Made by a program: the position numbers and the translations under genes. From the NCBI GenBank assembly GCA_964632485.1, contig CAZWDO010000001.1, positions 186,001 through 250,000 on the forward strand: DNA of 64,000 bases. Reading direction: 5' to 3'. How positions within the stretch are numbered: the first letter of the stretch is position 1; every line of letters begins with the position of its first letter. Below are positions 29,885-38,009 of the stretch, one piece after another. The notes under the pieces were generated by a model. The model did no database searches. It saw only the letters and a list, made by a program, of their open reading frames with translations, and was not told the origin of the DNA. Origin of the DNA: an uncultured bacterium (lineage in GTDB: Bacteria > JAGOEH01).

Positions 29885-31852
29885 GTGTTCCTAAAAAAAC
29901 TATTTAAATATATTCATTTATATGGGTTGATAATAATACCATTTCTACCACCCGTTGAGCCACAATCTACAGTTACATTGTTTAATCAAGATTATCAGAT
30001 TGTAAAGTACGAAGATAAATTATTAGTGGCATTGGGAGAAAACGGCCGAATAGAAACCCAACGTTATCCGATTATTTTTCATGCTGCCTATGCGCAACTT
30101 TTCCCCCATGCTCATATTGCGTTACTAAATCATCTCGTTCGATATCGCGCTATTCTTGAGGATTCTGTCCAAAATCCATATACCCATGTGTTCCAAAATG
30201 TTATCGAGCTGATGGAAGACACGTCAGTCATTGGGAAAGCTGCTCTGTGGCAAGCTGTGGAGCAGTTGTCTGAACGTTATAATGAAGCATTGCTCATCCC
30301 TCTTACACCGGAACGGGATATTTTTTTTGGGGAGATTAATCGCCTAATTACACAAAAAAATGGCATTTCTGACAATTTTCCACTTTTCCTATCGACCTAT
30401 ACCGAATTATTGCTCAACCAAACCATGGAAGAATTTGCCCTGGCTTTCCGCTTGATTGATGAGGAATTCCCGCTATTTACACGCCGTAGTGAACTATTGA
30501 GATTCTACAATTTATTTCAGAGAATTCAGCAAAGAAATCTGCCTCTGAGCGAATTAAGCGATGAACTTGTCGAAATCCGCCAGAAAATCCAACCATTTTA
30601 CTTCAACCTGCTGAATTTTCAGCATCGATACTATCAAAATCGTCTAGGTTGGTATCGTTTGACTAAAAATTTTTTTTTCTACCAATGTCCATTTCTAACT
30701 CAACCCTTTGAATTAAGAAGCTTGGTTGAGAGCTATCATTATGCTGATTTTATTAAAACTTCCATTATCATTAAGAAATATTTGGATGCCACAATCATTC
30801 AATTTTCTCTGGTTATACTTTTATTAATATGGGCGCTCCTGATCGGCATCCTTTTTTTCCGTCATTCCGTTAAAAAAAGGTGGATGCAAATAGTCATGGC
30901 CGGCTGGGGATTTTTAGCAATTTTCATTATGGCCCACATTGCCTGGTTTCATTTTACAACTCGATCACTCCTTAACGAGGAGAAAAACTCCTTTCAATGG
31001 CGTGAGAAGATAGAGCAACAATTAAAATTTCAAAGTAGTTGGCGGGATTCAACCTTTATATCACCCACTCATATTCTTGACAGCATCAATCAACTTAATC
31101 TATTAGTGTTGGGCAAGGGTGGGGAAACGCATCGCGATAAAAAGACCGGTCGCACTTTAGGAACCGAACTAACTGATGTGATTATGGCGATCCAAATCGA
31201 TTTTAACCAGCATCATATTAATTTCATATCGATCCCTCGGGATTTGTTATATCAGGAACAAAAGATTAACACGCTTTATCATCGACTGGGACCTCGCAAG
31301 ACCCAGCAAATCATCCGAAAAATTACGGATATCCCCCTGAGCAACTATGCGGTTTTCGATTTTGAGATATTCAAGGATATCATCGATTTAATTGATGGGC
31401 TGACCATTAACAATTCCCATGACATTAATGACAACCAATGGTTTCAATTGCCCATGGGCACATACCATTTAAACGGCCAACAATGTTTAAAATATGTTCG
31501 CAGCCGGAGAAACAGCTCCGATTTTGCCCGCGCGTACCGACAGCAACAAGTTATGATGGAATTATTGAAAAAAGTGCAAAACCCACAAGAATTAAAAAAA
31601 TTACTCTATAAAAAATTCTATTCGCTGGCGCTGCTTTATCAAAAAGTGGAAACTGACCTGGATATGAATATTTTGACCAGCCTGCTACAAAAGGATTTCA
31701 CTCAATTCACTTTCAGACAAATTGTTTTATCTTCGCAAAACTGTTTAATACCCAATGAAGATTTTATTACAGGTTATTATCTGAAACCCAAAGATGATAC
31801 CTGGGAATCAATTCAACGCTACATCCGCTTTAAAATCCATTACAACAATTAA
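29885..31852 (+). CDS. LytR-CpsA-Psr (LCP) family protein with large N-terminal extension
   Basis: C-terminal LTDVIM, SIPRDL, KINTLY, YVRSR, SDFARAYRQQQV; two TM segments in the middle. Confidence 0.85.
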   Translation: MFLKKLFKYIHLYGLIIIPFLPPVEPQSTVTLFNQDYQIVKYEDKLLVALGENGRIETQRYPIIFHAAYAQLFPHAHIALLNHLVRYRAILEDSVQNPYTHVFQNVIELMEDTSVIGKAALWQAVEQLSERYNEALLIPLTPERDIFFGEINRLITQKNGISDNFPLFLSTYTELLLNQTMEEFALAFRLIDEEFPLFTRRSELLRFYNLFQRIQQRNLPLSELSDELVEIRQKIQPFYFNLLNFQHRYYQNRLGWYRLTKNFFFYQCPFLTQPFELRSLVESYHYADFIKTSIIIKKYLDATIIQFSLVILLLIWALLIGILFFRHSVKKRWMQIVMAGWGFLAIFIMAHIAWFHFTTRSLLNEEKNSFQWREKIEQQLKFQSSWRDSTFISPTHILDSINQLNLLVLGKGGETHRDKKTGRTLGTELTDVIMAIQIDFNQHHINFISIPRDLLYQEQKINTLYHRLGPRKTQQIIRKITDIPLSNYAVFDFEIFKDIIDLIDGLTINNSHDINDNQWFQLPMGTYHLNGQQCLKYVRSRRNSSDFARAYRQQQVMMELLKKVQNPQELKKLLYKKFYSLALLYQKVETDLDMNILTSLLQKDFTQFTFRQIVLSSQNCLIPNEDFITGYYLKPKDDTWESIQRYIRFKIHYNN

Positions 31853-31957
31853 AGCCGGAAACCGCTTATTTATTTCGGACCGGAACCGTTCCATTAGACC
31901 ACTTCCCAGTTTACGGGCGCTTATAATATTATAGATTTGGATGGGGATGGTGAATTG

Positions 31958-33016
31958 TTAATTCAACAAGCGCTTGAGATTTTCAAGTAAATGATCGTCC
32001 ATGCGGACTTTGGTGGAAAGGACAAATGATTGGAGAGCTTGATTTTTATCAAGGCGCTGCAATTGGCTTTCAATTTGGTCCTGCCAATCCTTTTCATTAG
32101 AACTTATTGCCTTTTTAAATTCGGCCATTGCCTTTTTTATAGAGGCTTTTACGGTTAAAAGATACGCGTAGTTCAAATGCGCGAGGCTATTTTTCGGGTC
32201 CATCTCAAAAATCCGTTTAAACTCCTGCTCAGCCGCATCCCATAAATCCATGCGTCCATAGCAAACAGCCAAATTATTCCGAGCATCTGTCAGGTAAGGA
32301 TCAATTTCGATCGCCTTGCGATAATGGTCAACAGCTATCTTCAACTGTTCTCGCTCATGGTAAAAGCAACCCAGATTAAAAAATGCATCACTAAAAAAAG
32401 GATTGTAGTTGATGGCTTTTTCATAATGCCGGACTGCCAGTTCATCGCGTTTCAGGTCATCATAGACAATCGCCAGATTGAAATGAGCATCGATATAGCG
32501 TTTATTCAGGACCAAAACCTTCTCATAGGCGTCAATGGCCTCCTGCAGTTGATGATGTAATTGATAAATAAGGCCGCAGGTATAATGGTGCATTATATTC
32601 TGTTCAAGATTAGGAATCACGCTGCGTAGAGCGATTGACAGATCAGGCTGGTCATAGATAAGCAAATTAATAACATAGATAGTCCAAAAAAATTCGGGCG
32701 CAAAGCTCAACGAATTTCTAAAATAAAGGACTTTATCATCAAAGGCTTCACTAAGGATGCCCAACATCAGCATATTGACTTCATTTTCCTCGGATTTCAA
32801 CTGTTCCAAATAATCCTGATAATACTTGGAATGAGTTTGCGATTGATCCTTGAGAATCTCCCAATATAAGATATGCGCTGGTACAAAACGGGGATAGAAC
32901 ATAAGGGAGTTTCGCAAGGATCGGCATGCTGCATCAATTTTACCCTCTTTGATAAGTAGCCAGGCTTTTTGGAAACTTAGACGAGATTTTTCACGATTTA
33001 GTTGGTTGATTCTCAT
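31958..33016 (-). CDS. Tetratricopeptide repeat protein
   Basis: Tandem TPRs (AHFNLAIVY, AFFNLGCFY, ARNNLAVCY). Confidence 0.85.
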   Translation of the reverse strand: MRINQLNREKSRLSFQKAWLLIKEGKIDAACRSLRNSLMFYPRFVPAHILYWEILKDQSQTHSKYYQDYLEQLKSEENEVNMLMLGILSEAFDDKVLYFRNSLSFAPEFFWTIYVINLLIYDQPDLSIALRSVIPNLEQNIMHHYTCGLIYQLHHQLQEAIDAYEKVLVLNKRYIDAHFNLAIVYDDLKRDELAVRHYEKAINYNPFFSDAFFNLGCFYHEREQLKIAVDHYRKAIEIDPYLTDARNNLAVCYGRMDLWDAAEQEFKRIFEMDPKNSLAHLNYAYLLTVKASIKKAMAEFKKAISSNEKDWQDQIESQLQRLDKNQALQSFVLSTKVRMDDHLLENLKRLLN

Positions 33017-33050
33017 ATTAAACCTCTTGGTTTAGAATACGGGGTTAAAC

Positions 33051-33089
33051 AAAAAGAGCCGGATATCACCAATTGAAATCCGGCTTTTT
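33051..33089 (-). terminator. Rho-independent terminator after the 33103-33891 gene
   Basis: AGCCGGAT...ATCCGGCT stem flanked by A/T tracts. Confidence 0.7.
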
Positions 33090-33102
33090 CATTCATTGCA
33101 AT

Positions 33103-33891
33103 TTATTTTTCTTTTTTGATCTTTTCAATCCACTGGCGGGCGCCCGGAGTATTCATTTTGGCCAACCCCTCAAATACAACGAGAGCGTCACTTTTTTTGC
33201 CAAGTTTGTATAAGGCTTCTCCATAATAAAGTGAACTGTATTTATTTCGACTGTTCTTTTCATCATCCTTATATGTGCTGACGACTTTATCATATTGCTG
33301 GGTTTCCAGATAGCTGCGAAGCATCATTTCATAAACCTTATCTTTTTTAGAAGTCGGCAACTTCATCGCCATTACTTTTTGATAATCTTTAATGGCCTGG
33401 CCATAATCCTGGCCGTAGTAAGCGGCATTCGCCATGGAAAGTACCGGTTTATAATCATTAGTATCTAAAACAGCCGCTTTTTTAAAGGCATCATAAGCCT
33501 TGTCGAACTGCCGTTTTTCCTGATAGATATTACCCAGAAGGTTCAGAGCCTTATCATACTGCGGATTGGACTGAACCGCATCATTCGCAGCATAAAGGGC
33601 CTTGTCCAATAGATTGAGCTTTTTATAGGTCAAAGCCAACCCATATAATACCTTAAAATTCCCGGGGACCTTTTCATTTGCAGTCTGATACTGTTTCAAC
33701 GCATTCTCAAAATCATTGCCTCGATAAAAATCATTGGCTTTGCTGTAGGCTTCAGCGGCGGACAAATCGCCTTTAAATGTCGGATCATCGACCTGTCTCT
33801 GAGTCTGCTTCTGTTGAGCAAATAGTGATCCTGTCAACAGAACAACCATCGCGAGTATGGTTAAGCGTTTCAAAAACTGATGCCGTTTCAT
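33103..33891 (-). CDS. Exported tetratricopeptide repeat protein
   Basis: Signal peptide (SLFA) plus several TPRs; GAGGAGGA RBS. Confidence 0.85.
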   Translation of the reverse strand: MKRHQFLKRLTILAMVVLLTGSLFAQQKQTQRQVDDPTFKGDLSAAEAYSKANDFYRGNDFENALKQYQTANEKVPGNFKVLYGLALTYKKLNLLDKALYAANDAVQSNPQYDKALNLLGNIYQEKRQFDKAYDAFKKAAVLDTNDYKPVLSMANAAYYGQDYGQAIKDYQKVMAMKLPTSKKDKVYEMMLRSYLETQQYDKVVSTYKDDEKNSRNKYSSLYYGEALYKLGKKSDALVVFEGLAKMNTPGARQWIEKIKKEK

Positions 33892-34002
33892 GAGTTCCTC
33901 CTCTATTAGGGTTAAGTTAGTATTTCAATTACTAGTATAGCACATTCTATACCATAAATTATATCTCCTATAATTAAAACAAAAAAAACCGATTTTGTCA
34001 AG

Positions 34003-35046
34003 TCAAAAATCAGTTTTTAGCAAAAAATCATCGATTTTTTCACGGGCTACATCAAAGACTGGAATAGCCAGTCGCTGTCGGATAAAACCTACAAGCTCTT
34101 TCGCATTAATGAATTGACTATGAAAGACTGCATGTTTCTGCTGAGGAAAAAAGGGATTGAGAGTTACGGCTTGTAACCGGGAACTTTTCAAACTTTCTAC
34201 AAAGAGTTGATTTGAACGTCCTATCCAGGTAGATATTTGTCGAAAATTTCCATCTGCAATCAGGTAAAAGGGATGTCGGACAACCAGATGTAACATATTG
34301 TCCGGATTTATTTTCTCTAAAAATTCAATCAAAATCCGGGTTAAAACAAGTTTCGGCCAATACAACACAGTGTGTTCATCCGCAAAAACACGATACTGAT
34401 CCAGCATCATCCGATTAAGAAACGGTTCATCTTCATTAAATGCAACCCATAAAATTCCATTGCGGTAAATTCCGGCACGGGGGTTCTTGTCGCAAAATAA
34501 AGACGTTTGTCTAATATTCTGAAAAATTTGGAGCAGACTCATCAACTCGTCAGTCAATGTGGCAGGATCGGTATGGCGGGCTGCTCCAGTCGCTAAGAAC
34601 CAATCATCGCATACAGATAACGGGAGTATTCGGTTGAGCGCTCCATCCAGCAATACAGTAGTGACTGGCAAAGTTTCAACCGCGTTGATAACTTCAATAG
34701 CGCCGCGCAGGGAGGAAGGACCGGCGAGGAGCAGTTCCCCCCGGGATTCGATTTTTACCACGCTCAATGCGCCCAAAGGGGTAGAAAGAGCGAGGGGAAA
34801 AATCCGGGTAAAACGGGCAGTGGTTTTCTGCAAACACATCTCGGCTGTTACTGCATAATCCCCGGGATAGACCTCGATTCGCGGTTTGGGAAGCAGGGTA
34901 AGGTTATCGAACGGTTCTCCATCCAGTCCGATCGATGTTAATAGCGCCGAATTTTCGCCCAATTCCCGCAACCGCTGATGGACATGATTGAGAGTGGTGG
35001 TTTTTCCGGTATTTTTCGCTGTTCCGGCGAATCCAAGGGTTCTCAA
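34003..35046 (-). CDS. KamB-like P-loop protein (putative aminomutase reactivating factor subunit)
   Basis: N-terminal GTAKNTGKTTTLN, TSIGLDGE, KPRI, LAGPS, LDGALNR and LATGAA resemble the KamB protein of lysine-fermentation clusters. TTGA overlap with the upstream gene. Confidence 0.7.
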   Translation of the reverse strand: MRTLGFAGTAKNTGKTTTLNHVHQRLRELGENSALLTSIGLDGEPFDNLTLLPKPRIEVYPGDYAVTAEMCLQKTTARFTRIFPLALSTPLGALSVVKIESRGELLLAGPSSLRGAIEVINAVETLPVTTVLLDGALNRILPLSVCDDWFLATGAARHTDPATLTDELMSLLQIFQNIRQTSLFCDKNPRAGIYRNGILWVAFNEDEPFLNRMMLDQYRVFADEHTVLYWPKLVLTRILIEFLEKINPDNMLHLVVRHPFYLIADGNFRQISTWIGRSNQLFVESLKSSRLQAVTLNPFFPQQKHAVFHSQFINAKELVGFIRQRLAIPVFDVAREKIDDFLLKTDF

Positions 35047-36866
35047 TTAGTAAAGACCGTTCCTTTACCATTCCGCCCCGGATAGGCGCCTTCCTCGGGA
35101 TTACCCAGCGTTCCCCCGGAAATAGCATGGACCAGGCTTTCTTTTTGCGCGCACTCCTGCAACACTTTCAAAATATTTTCACGCAATTCATCGGCAAAAA
35201 CGACAGCGCGGGGACCCGGCGTCAAATTATCCGCTCCCACATCACGGAACATTTCCTTCAGCCCATTGAGAGTGTCGATTTTGGCGGGAATAGTGATCGG
35301 CCCCCGGGAATAGGCTTCATCGGTAGAAGCGACCGTAATTGCATCTACTCCGGCTCCTGCGGCGATCAGGGCATGCAGGGTTGTTGTGGTCGCCGACTGA
35401 ATACGTTCTTCCTGATGAGTTATAAACCCGATCGGTTCACCCGGCCAGATTGGCGCGTTAATAATGCTACGCAACGCCATGATTTTCGCAACATTATAAT
35501 CAACATAGTTTTCATCCGCCTGGCCATTCACCATCACTTCCGGCGAAATACAGAACAAGGGTTTTAGAATCGGCTGAGCGCCCAACAACCGTCCCAGCAT
35601 CGCCACAGCAATCATCCCTGCATAGGCTTTATAAGCAGGCACTCCGCAGAGTTCCTCATTCGTCGGAATATCAAATGGCAAGCGATAGGACGCGGCGCTT
35701 TTAAGACAATCCAACCCATCCACTAACAGCCGCTCAGGATCAGTTCCCGCCCCCAAAGCGCCATATACCATATTAATTTTCGTCAAATCCGCGCCCAACT
35801 CCCCGGCGAACATCGCCGTTTCGGGGGTATTCAATCCGCGATGAGCCCGAATCGACCAAAGGGTATAAGGCTCCAAAGCTCCGCCGACTAAAGCCAAATT
35901 TTCCGGCGTCATAACTGAACCATCTTCCTGGTGGGTAATATAACCGGCAAGGAATCCCTCAGTACGCGCACCCCAGGAGGGATCGAAATGAAGAACACCA
36001 TCGGAACCCCAGGCTTCACTCACTTTAATATGCATGATATCCATAAAAGGACATCCCGTGCCATATTGTGTAAAAACCAGGGGACGGCGGCGATGACGCA
36101 ATATCCGGACCGGATCGAAACTGCCTTTAACCTTACGGACCAATTGTTGAATTTGGAGCATTTCAGTTTCACTCAACCGTCGTGTTTTAGCGGGCAAGAC
36201 GCCATCCCTGTAATATCGGATCACTGTTTCATCCGCATAAACTAAATACCTTCGAATAAAGTCCTGTTCAACCTGGGAATCAATTCCGCCTGACTTACGC
36301 CACTGGATCCATTCCCGTCGGATCCGGGCGCGTTCAATACCCGGCGACGAGCGCTTCTGGTAATATGTTATCGTTTTCTCGGCAATTTCTTCCAGAAGAG
36401 GCGCAAATCGATCATCCTTTATCCGATAATCATAACCTTCCGTCAGATCGGGTTTGGTTTTAATGATCTTAAGCATATTCAGATCAACTTCCCGTTCTTC
36501 AATATAGGCTAACAGATATTCCAACGGTTCATCCTTGGAAAAACCCATATCAAAACCAAGTTCAGCCGCTAATGGTTTGGTAACGGCCATCCCTCCGATA
36601 ACAATTTTCATCCGATCCCGCAATCCCGCCGCATCCAGAACATCCAAAAAACGGGAGAGAAGTTCAGCAACTCCGTAGCCCAGCGTACGGCTAACTAACA
36701 AATAATCCGGCTGAAATTCGGCAACGGCTGATAGAATATCTTCATTTTTAAGGTCAGGCGGCAATAACCGCGCCTGATGGTGCCGGCTTTCCAATTCACG
36801 CTTGATGACCTTCAGCCCCACATCATGAACCGGATCGTAAGGCACAAGCAAAACACGTTTACTCAT
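35043..36866 (-). CDS. Cobalamin-binding domain fused to a lysine/ornithine aminomutase-type TIM barrel (putative AdoCbl-dependent mutase)
   Basis: N-terminal DPVHDVG...LLVSRTL...IVIGG...LAAELGFDMGF (B12 Rossmann domain). C-terminal PLVFTQYGTG..D......GSD, GLNTPETA, MVYG...ERLLVD and ITVASTDEA align by eye with KamD/OraE. ATG at 36866 follows AAGGAG. Confidence 0.8.
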   Translation of the reverse strand: MSKRVLLVPYDPVHDVGLKVIKRELESRHHQARLLPPDLKNEDILSAVAEFQPDYLLVSRTLGYGVAELLSRFLDVLDAAGLRDRMKIVIGGMAVTKPLAAELGFDMGFSKDEPLEYLLAYIEEREVDLNMLKIIKTKPDLTEGYDYRIKDDRFAPLLEEIAEKTITYYQKRSSPGIERARIRREWIQWRKSGGIDSQVEQDFIRRYLVYADETVIRYYRDGVLPAKTRRLSETEMLQIQQLVRKVKGSFDPVRILRHRRRPLVFTQYGTGCPFMDIMHIKVSEAWGSDGVLHFDPSWGARTEGFLAGYITHQEDGSVMTPENLALVGGALEPYTLWSIRAHRGLNTPETAMFAGELGADLTKINMVYGALGAGTDPERLLVDGLDCLKSAASYRLPFDIPTNEELCGVPAYKAYAGMIAVAMLGRLLGAQPILKPLFCISPEVMVNGQADENYVDYNVAKIMALRSIINAPIWPGEPIGFITHQEERIQSATTTTLHALIAAGAGVDAITVASTDEAYSRGPITIPAKIDTLNGLKEMFRDVGADNLTPGPRAVVFADELRENILKVLQECAQKESLVHAISGGTLGNPEEGAYPGRNGKGTVFTN

Positions 36867-37111
36867 GAAACCGCTCCTTCTGCGTTTAACGATCCGAGCC
36901 ATGAATAAACAGCGCCCGGACGGTTAAGATACACTCTGGCCCGGACCCGGGCGCCGAATCCGCGAAAATCAATCGATAACAGATCCGTATCCTCAAACCC
37001 CCGTTGCTCAAAAAATTGCAGAATTAACGATTTCGCTTCCTCAGGGCTATCACAAAGCAAAAAAGTCTCTAAATCAAAGGCATCGACAATTGCCTGTTCG
37101 GCAGTGCGCAT
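36863..37111 (-). CDS. Small protein resembling the OAM/KamE dimerisation domain
   Basis: 82 aa, AAAGGAG RBS, ATGA overlap with the next gene. The pattern D..DLETFL...PEEAK......RGFED......G.G......Y resembles the KamE N-terminus. Confidence 0.6.
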   Translation of the reverse strand: MRTAEQAIVDAFDLETFLLCDSPEEAKSLILQFFEQRGFEDTDLLSIDFRGFGARVRARVYLNRPGAVYSWLGSLNAEGAVS

Positions 37112-37188
37112 AATGACTCCTTTCACAATTTCGGCACAAATACTGCAATAATATTGTAATTAAGAAATTTAACCCAGGCAGGTAAACC

Positions 37189-37380
37189 ATGAAACGAAAT
37201 CTTCATCGCTATCTTCTCACACAAATTCAGGTCTGGCTCGAGTGGGACGAAAAAAAATCGTTAAAGTCTTGGGTCGATACTTACTCGGAAATATTCTGTC
37301 AGATCTATCAAAAATTTCCCGGTGACTGGGAAAAAATCAAACAGGAAATGATCCAAAGGGAAAACCACGCCCTTCATTAA
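37189..37380 (+). CDS. Hypothetical small protein
   Basis: 63-aa ATG ORF filling the gap, divergent from the mutase operon, with its stop abutting that of lolA. Confidence 0.5.
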   Translation: MKRNLHRYLLTQIQVWLEWDEKKSLKSWVDTYSEIFCQIYQKFPGDWEKIKQEMIQRENHALH

Positions 37381-38006
37381 TACATTTTTATTTCTTCAAC
37401 TCCAATTTTTTTTGAATACTCAAAAAATTCAGGTTTTTCACGAAATTTCCGATCAAATTTCGTTAGAGCGACCCGGGTCACTGTGTCGTTTTCATCCCGC
37501 ACGATGAGCAAAACCGGGGCTTTACTTTTCAATTCATAGTAGATTTCGATGAGAGAATAGGGGATTTGCTCCGCGCCTTCGTTGCGGACCAAACGAAACC
37601 ATCCTCGCTCTTTTTTATCAACACTTTTTTTTCCTATGGAATCCACGCTAAAAAAAGCATCAATATCGGAACTCATTATCAGCAACTCAATCGGACTTTG
37701 GATACCCTGGCGGCGATGAATGATTGTCTGCTTGTTAGGTTTATCATAATTCCATAAAAAAGCCGATGTCGCAAATATTTCCAAATCTTCAGTTTCTAAC
37801 CGGTAATAGTTGGGCAACATAAAATAGAACTCACCCTCTGATTCATTAATCCGGTCAATGGACTCATAGATAGTTTTTTCCTGATAATGAAACTTGAAAC
37901 CCGGCAATTTCTTTATTTCACTGGCCCAATTTAGATAAGCTTCCCGGGGGGGTTCCGCTCGCGCGAGAACTAAACTGATCATTAGTAAAAATATAGATCT
38001 TACCAT
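37377..38006 (-). CDS. lolA: Outer-membrane lipoprotein carrier LolA-like protein
   Basis: Signal peptide; EGEFYFMLPNYYRLE and LWNYDKPNKQ pattern. Confidence 0.72.
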   Translation of the reverse strand: MVRSIFLLMISLVLARAEPPREAYLNWASEIKKLPGFKFHYQEKTIYESIDRINESEGEFYFMLPNYYRLETEDLEIFATSAFLWNYDKPNKQTIIHRRQGIQSPIELLIMSSDIDAFFSVDSIGKKSVDKKERGWFRLVRNEGAEQIPYSLIEIYYELKSKAPVLLIVRDENDTVTRVALTKFDRKFREKPEFFEYSKKIGVEEIKMY

Positions 38007-38009
38007 ATC

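Noticed and set aside
35043-36866. Annotation as a B12-binding radical SAM enzyme, methionine synthase or methylmalonyl-CoA mutase
   Set aside because: No CxxxCxxC motif is present, and the C-terminal motifs follow the KamD/OraE barrel rather than those families.
37112-37188. Cobalamin riboswitch upstream of the B12 enzyme operon
   Set aside because: The spacer is only 77 nt, AT-rich, and has no B12-box.
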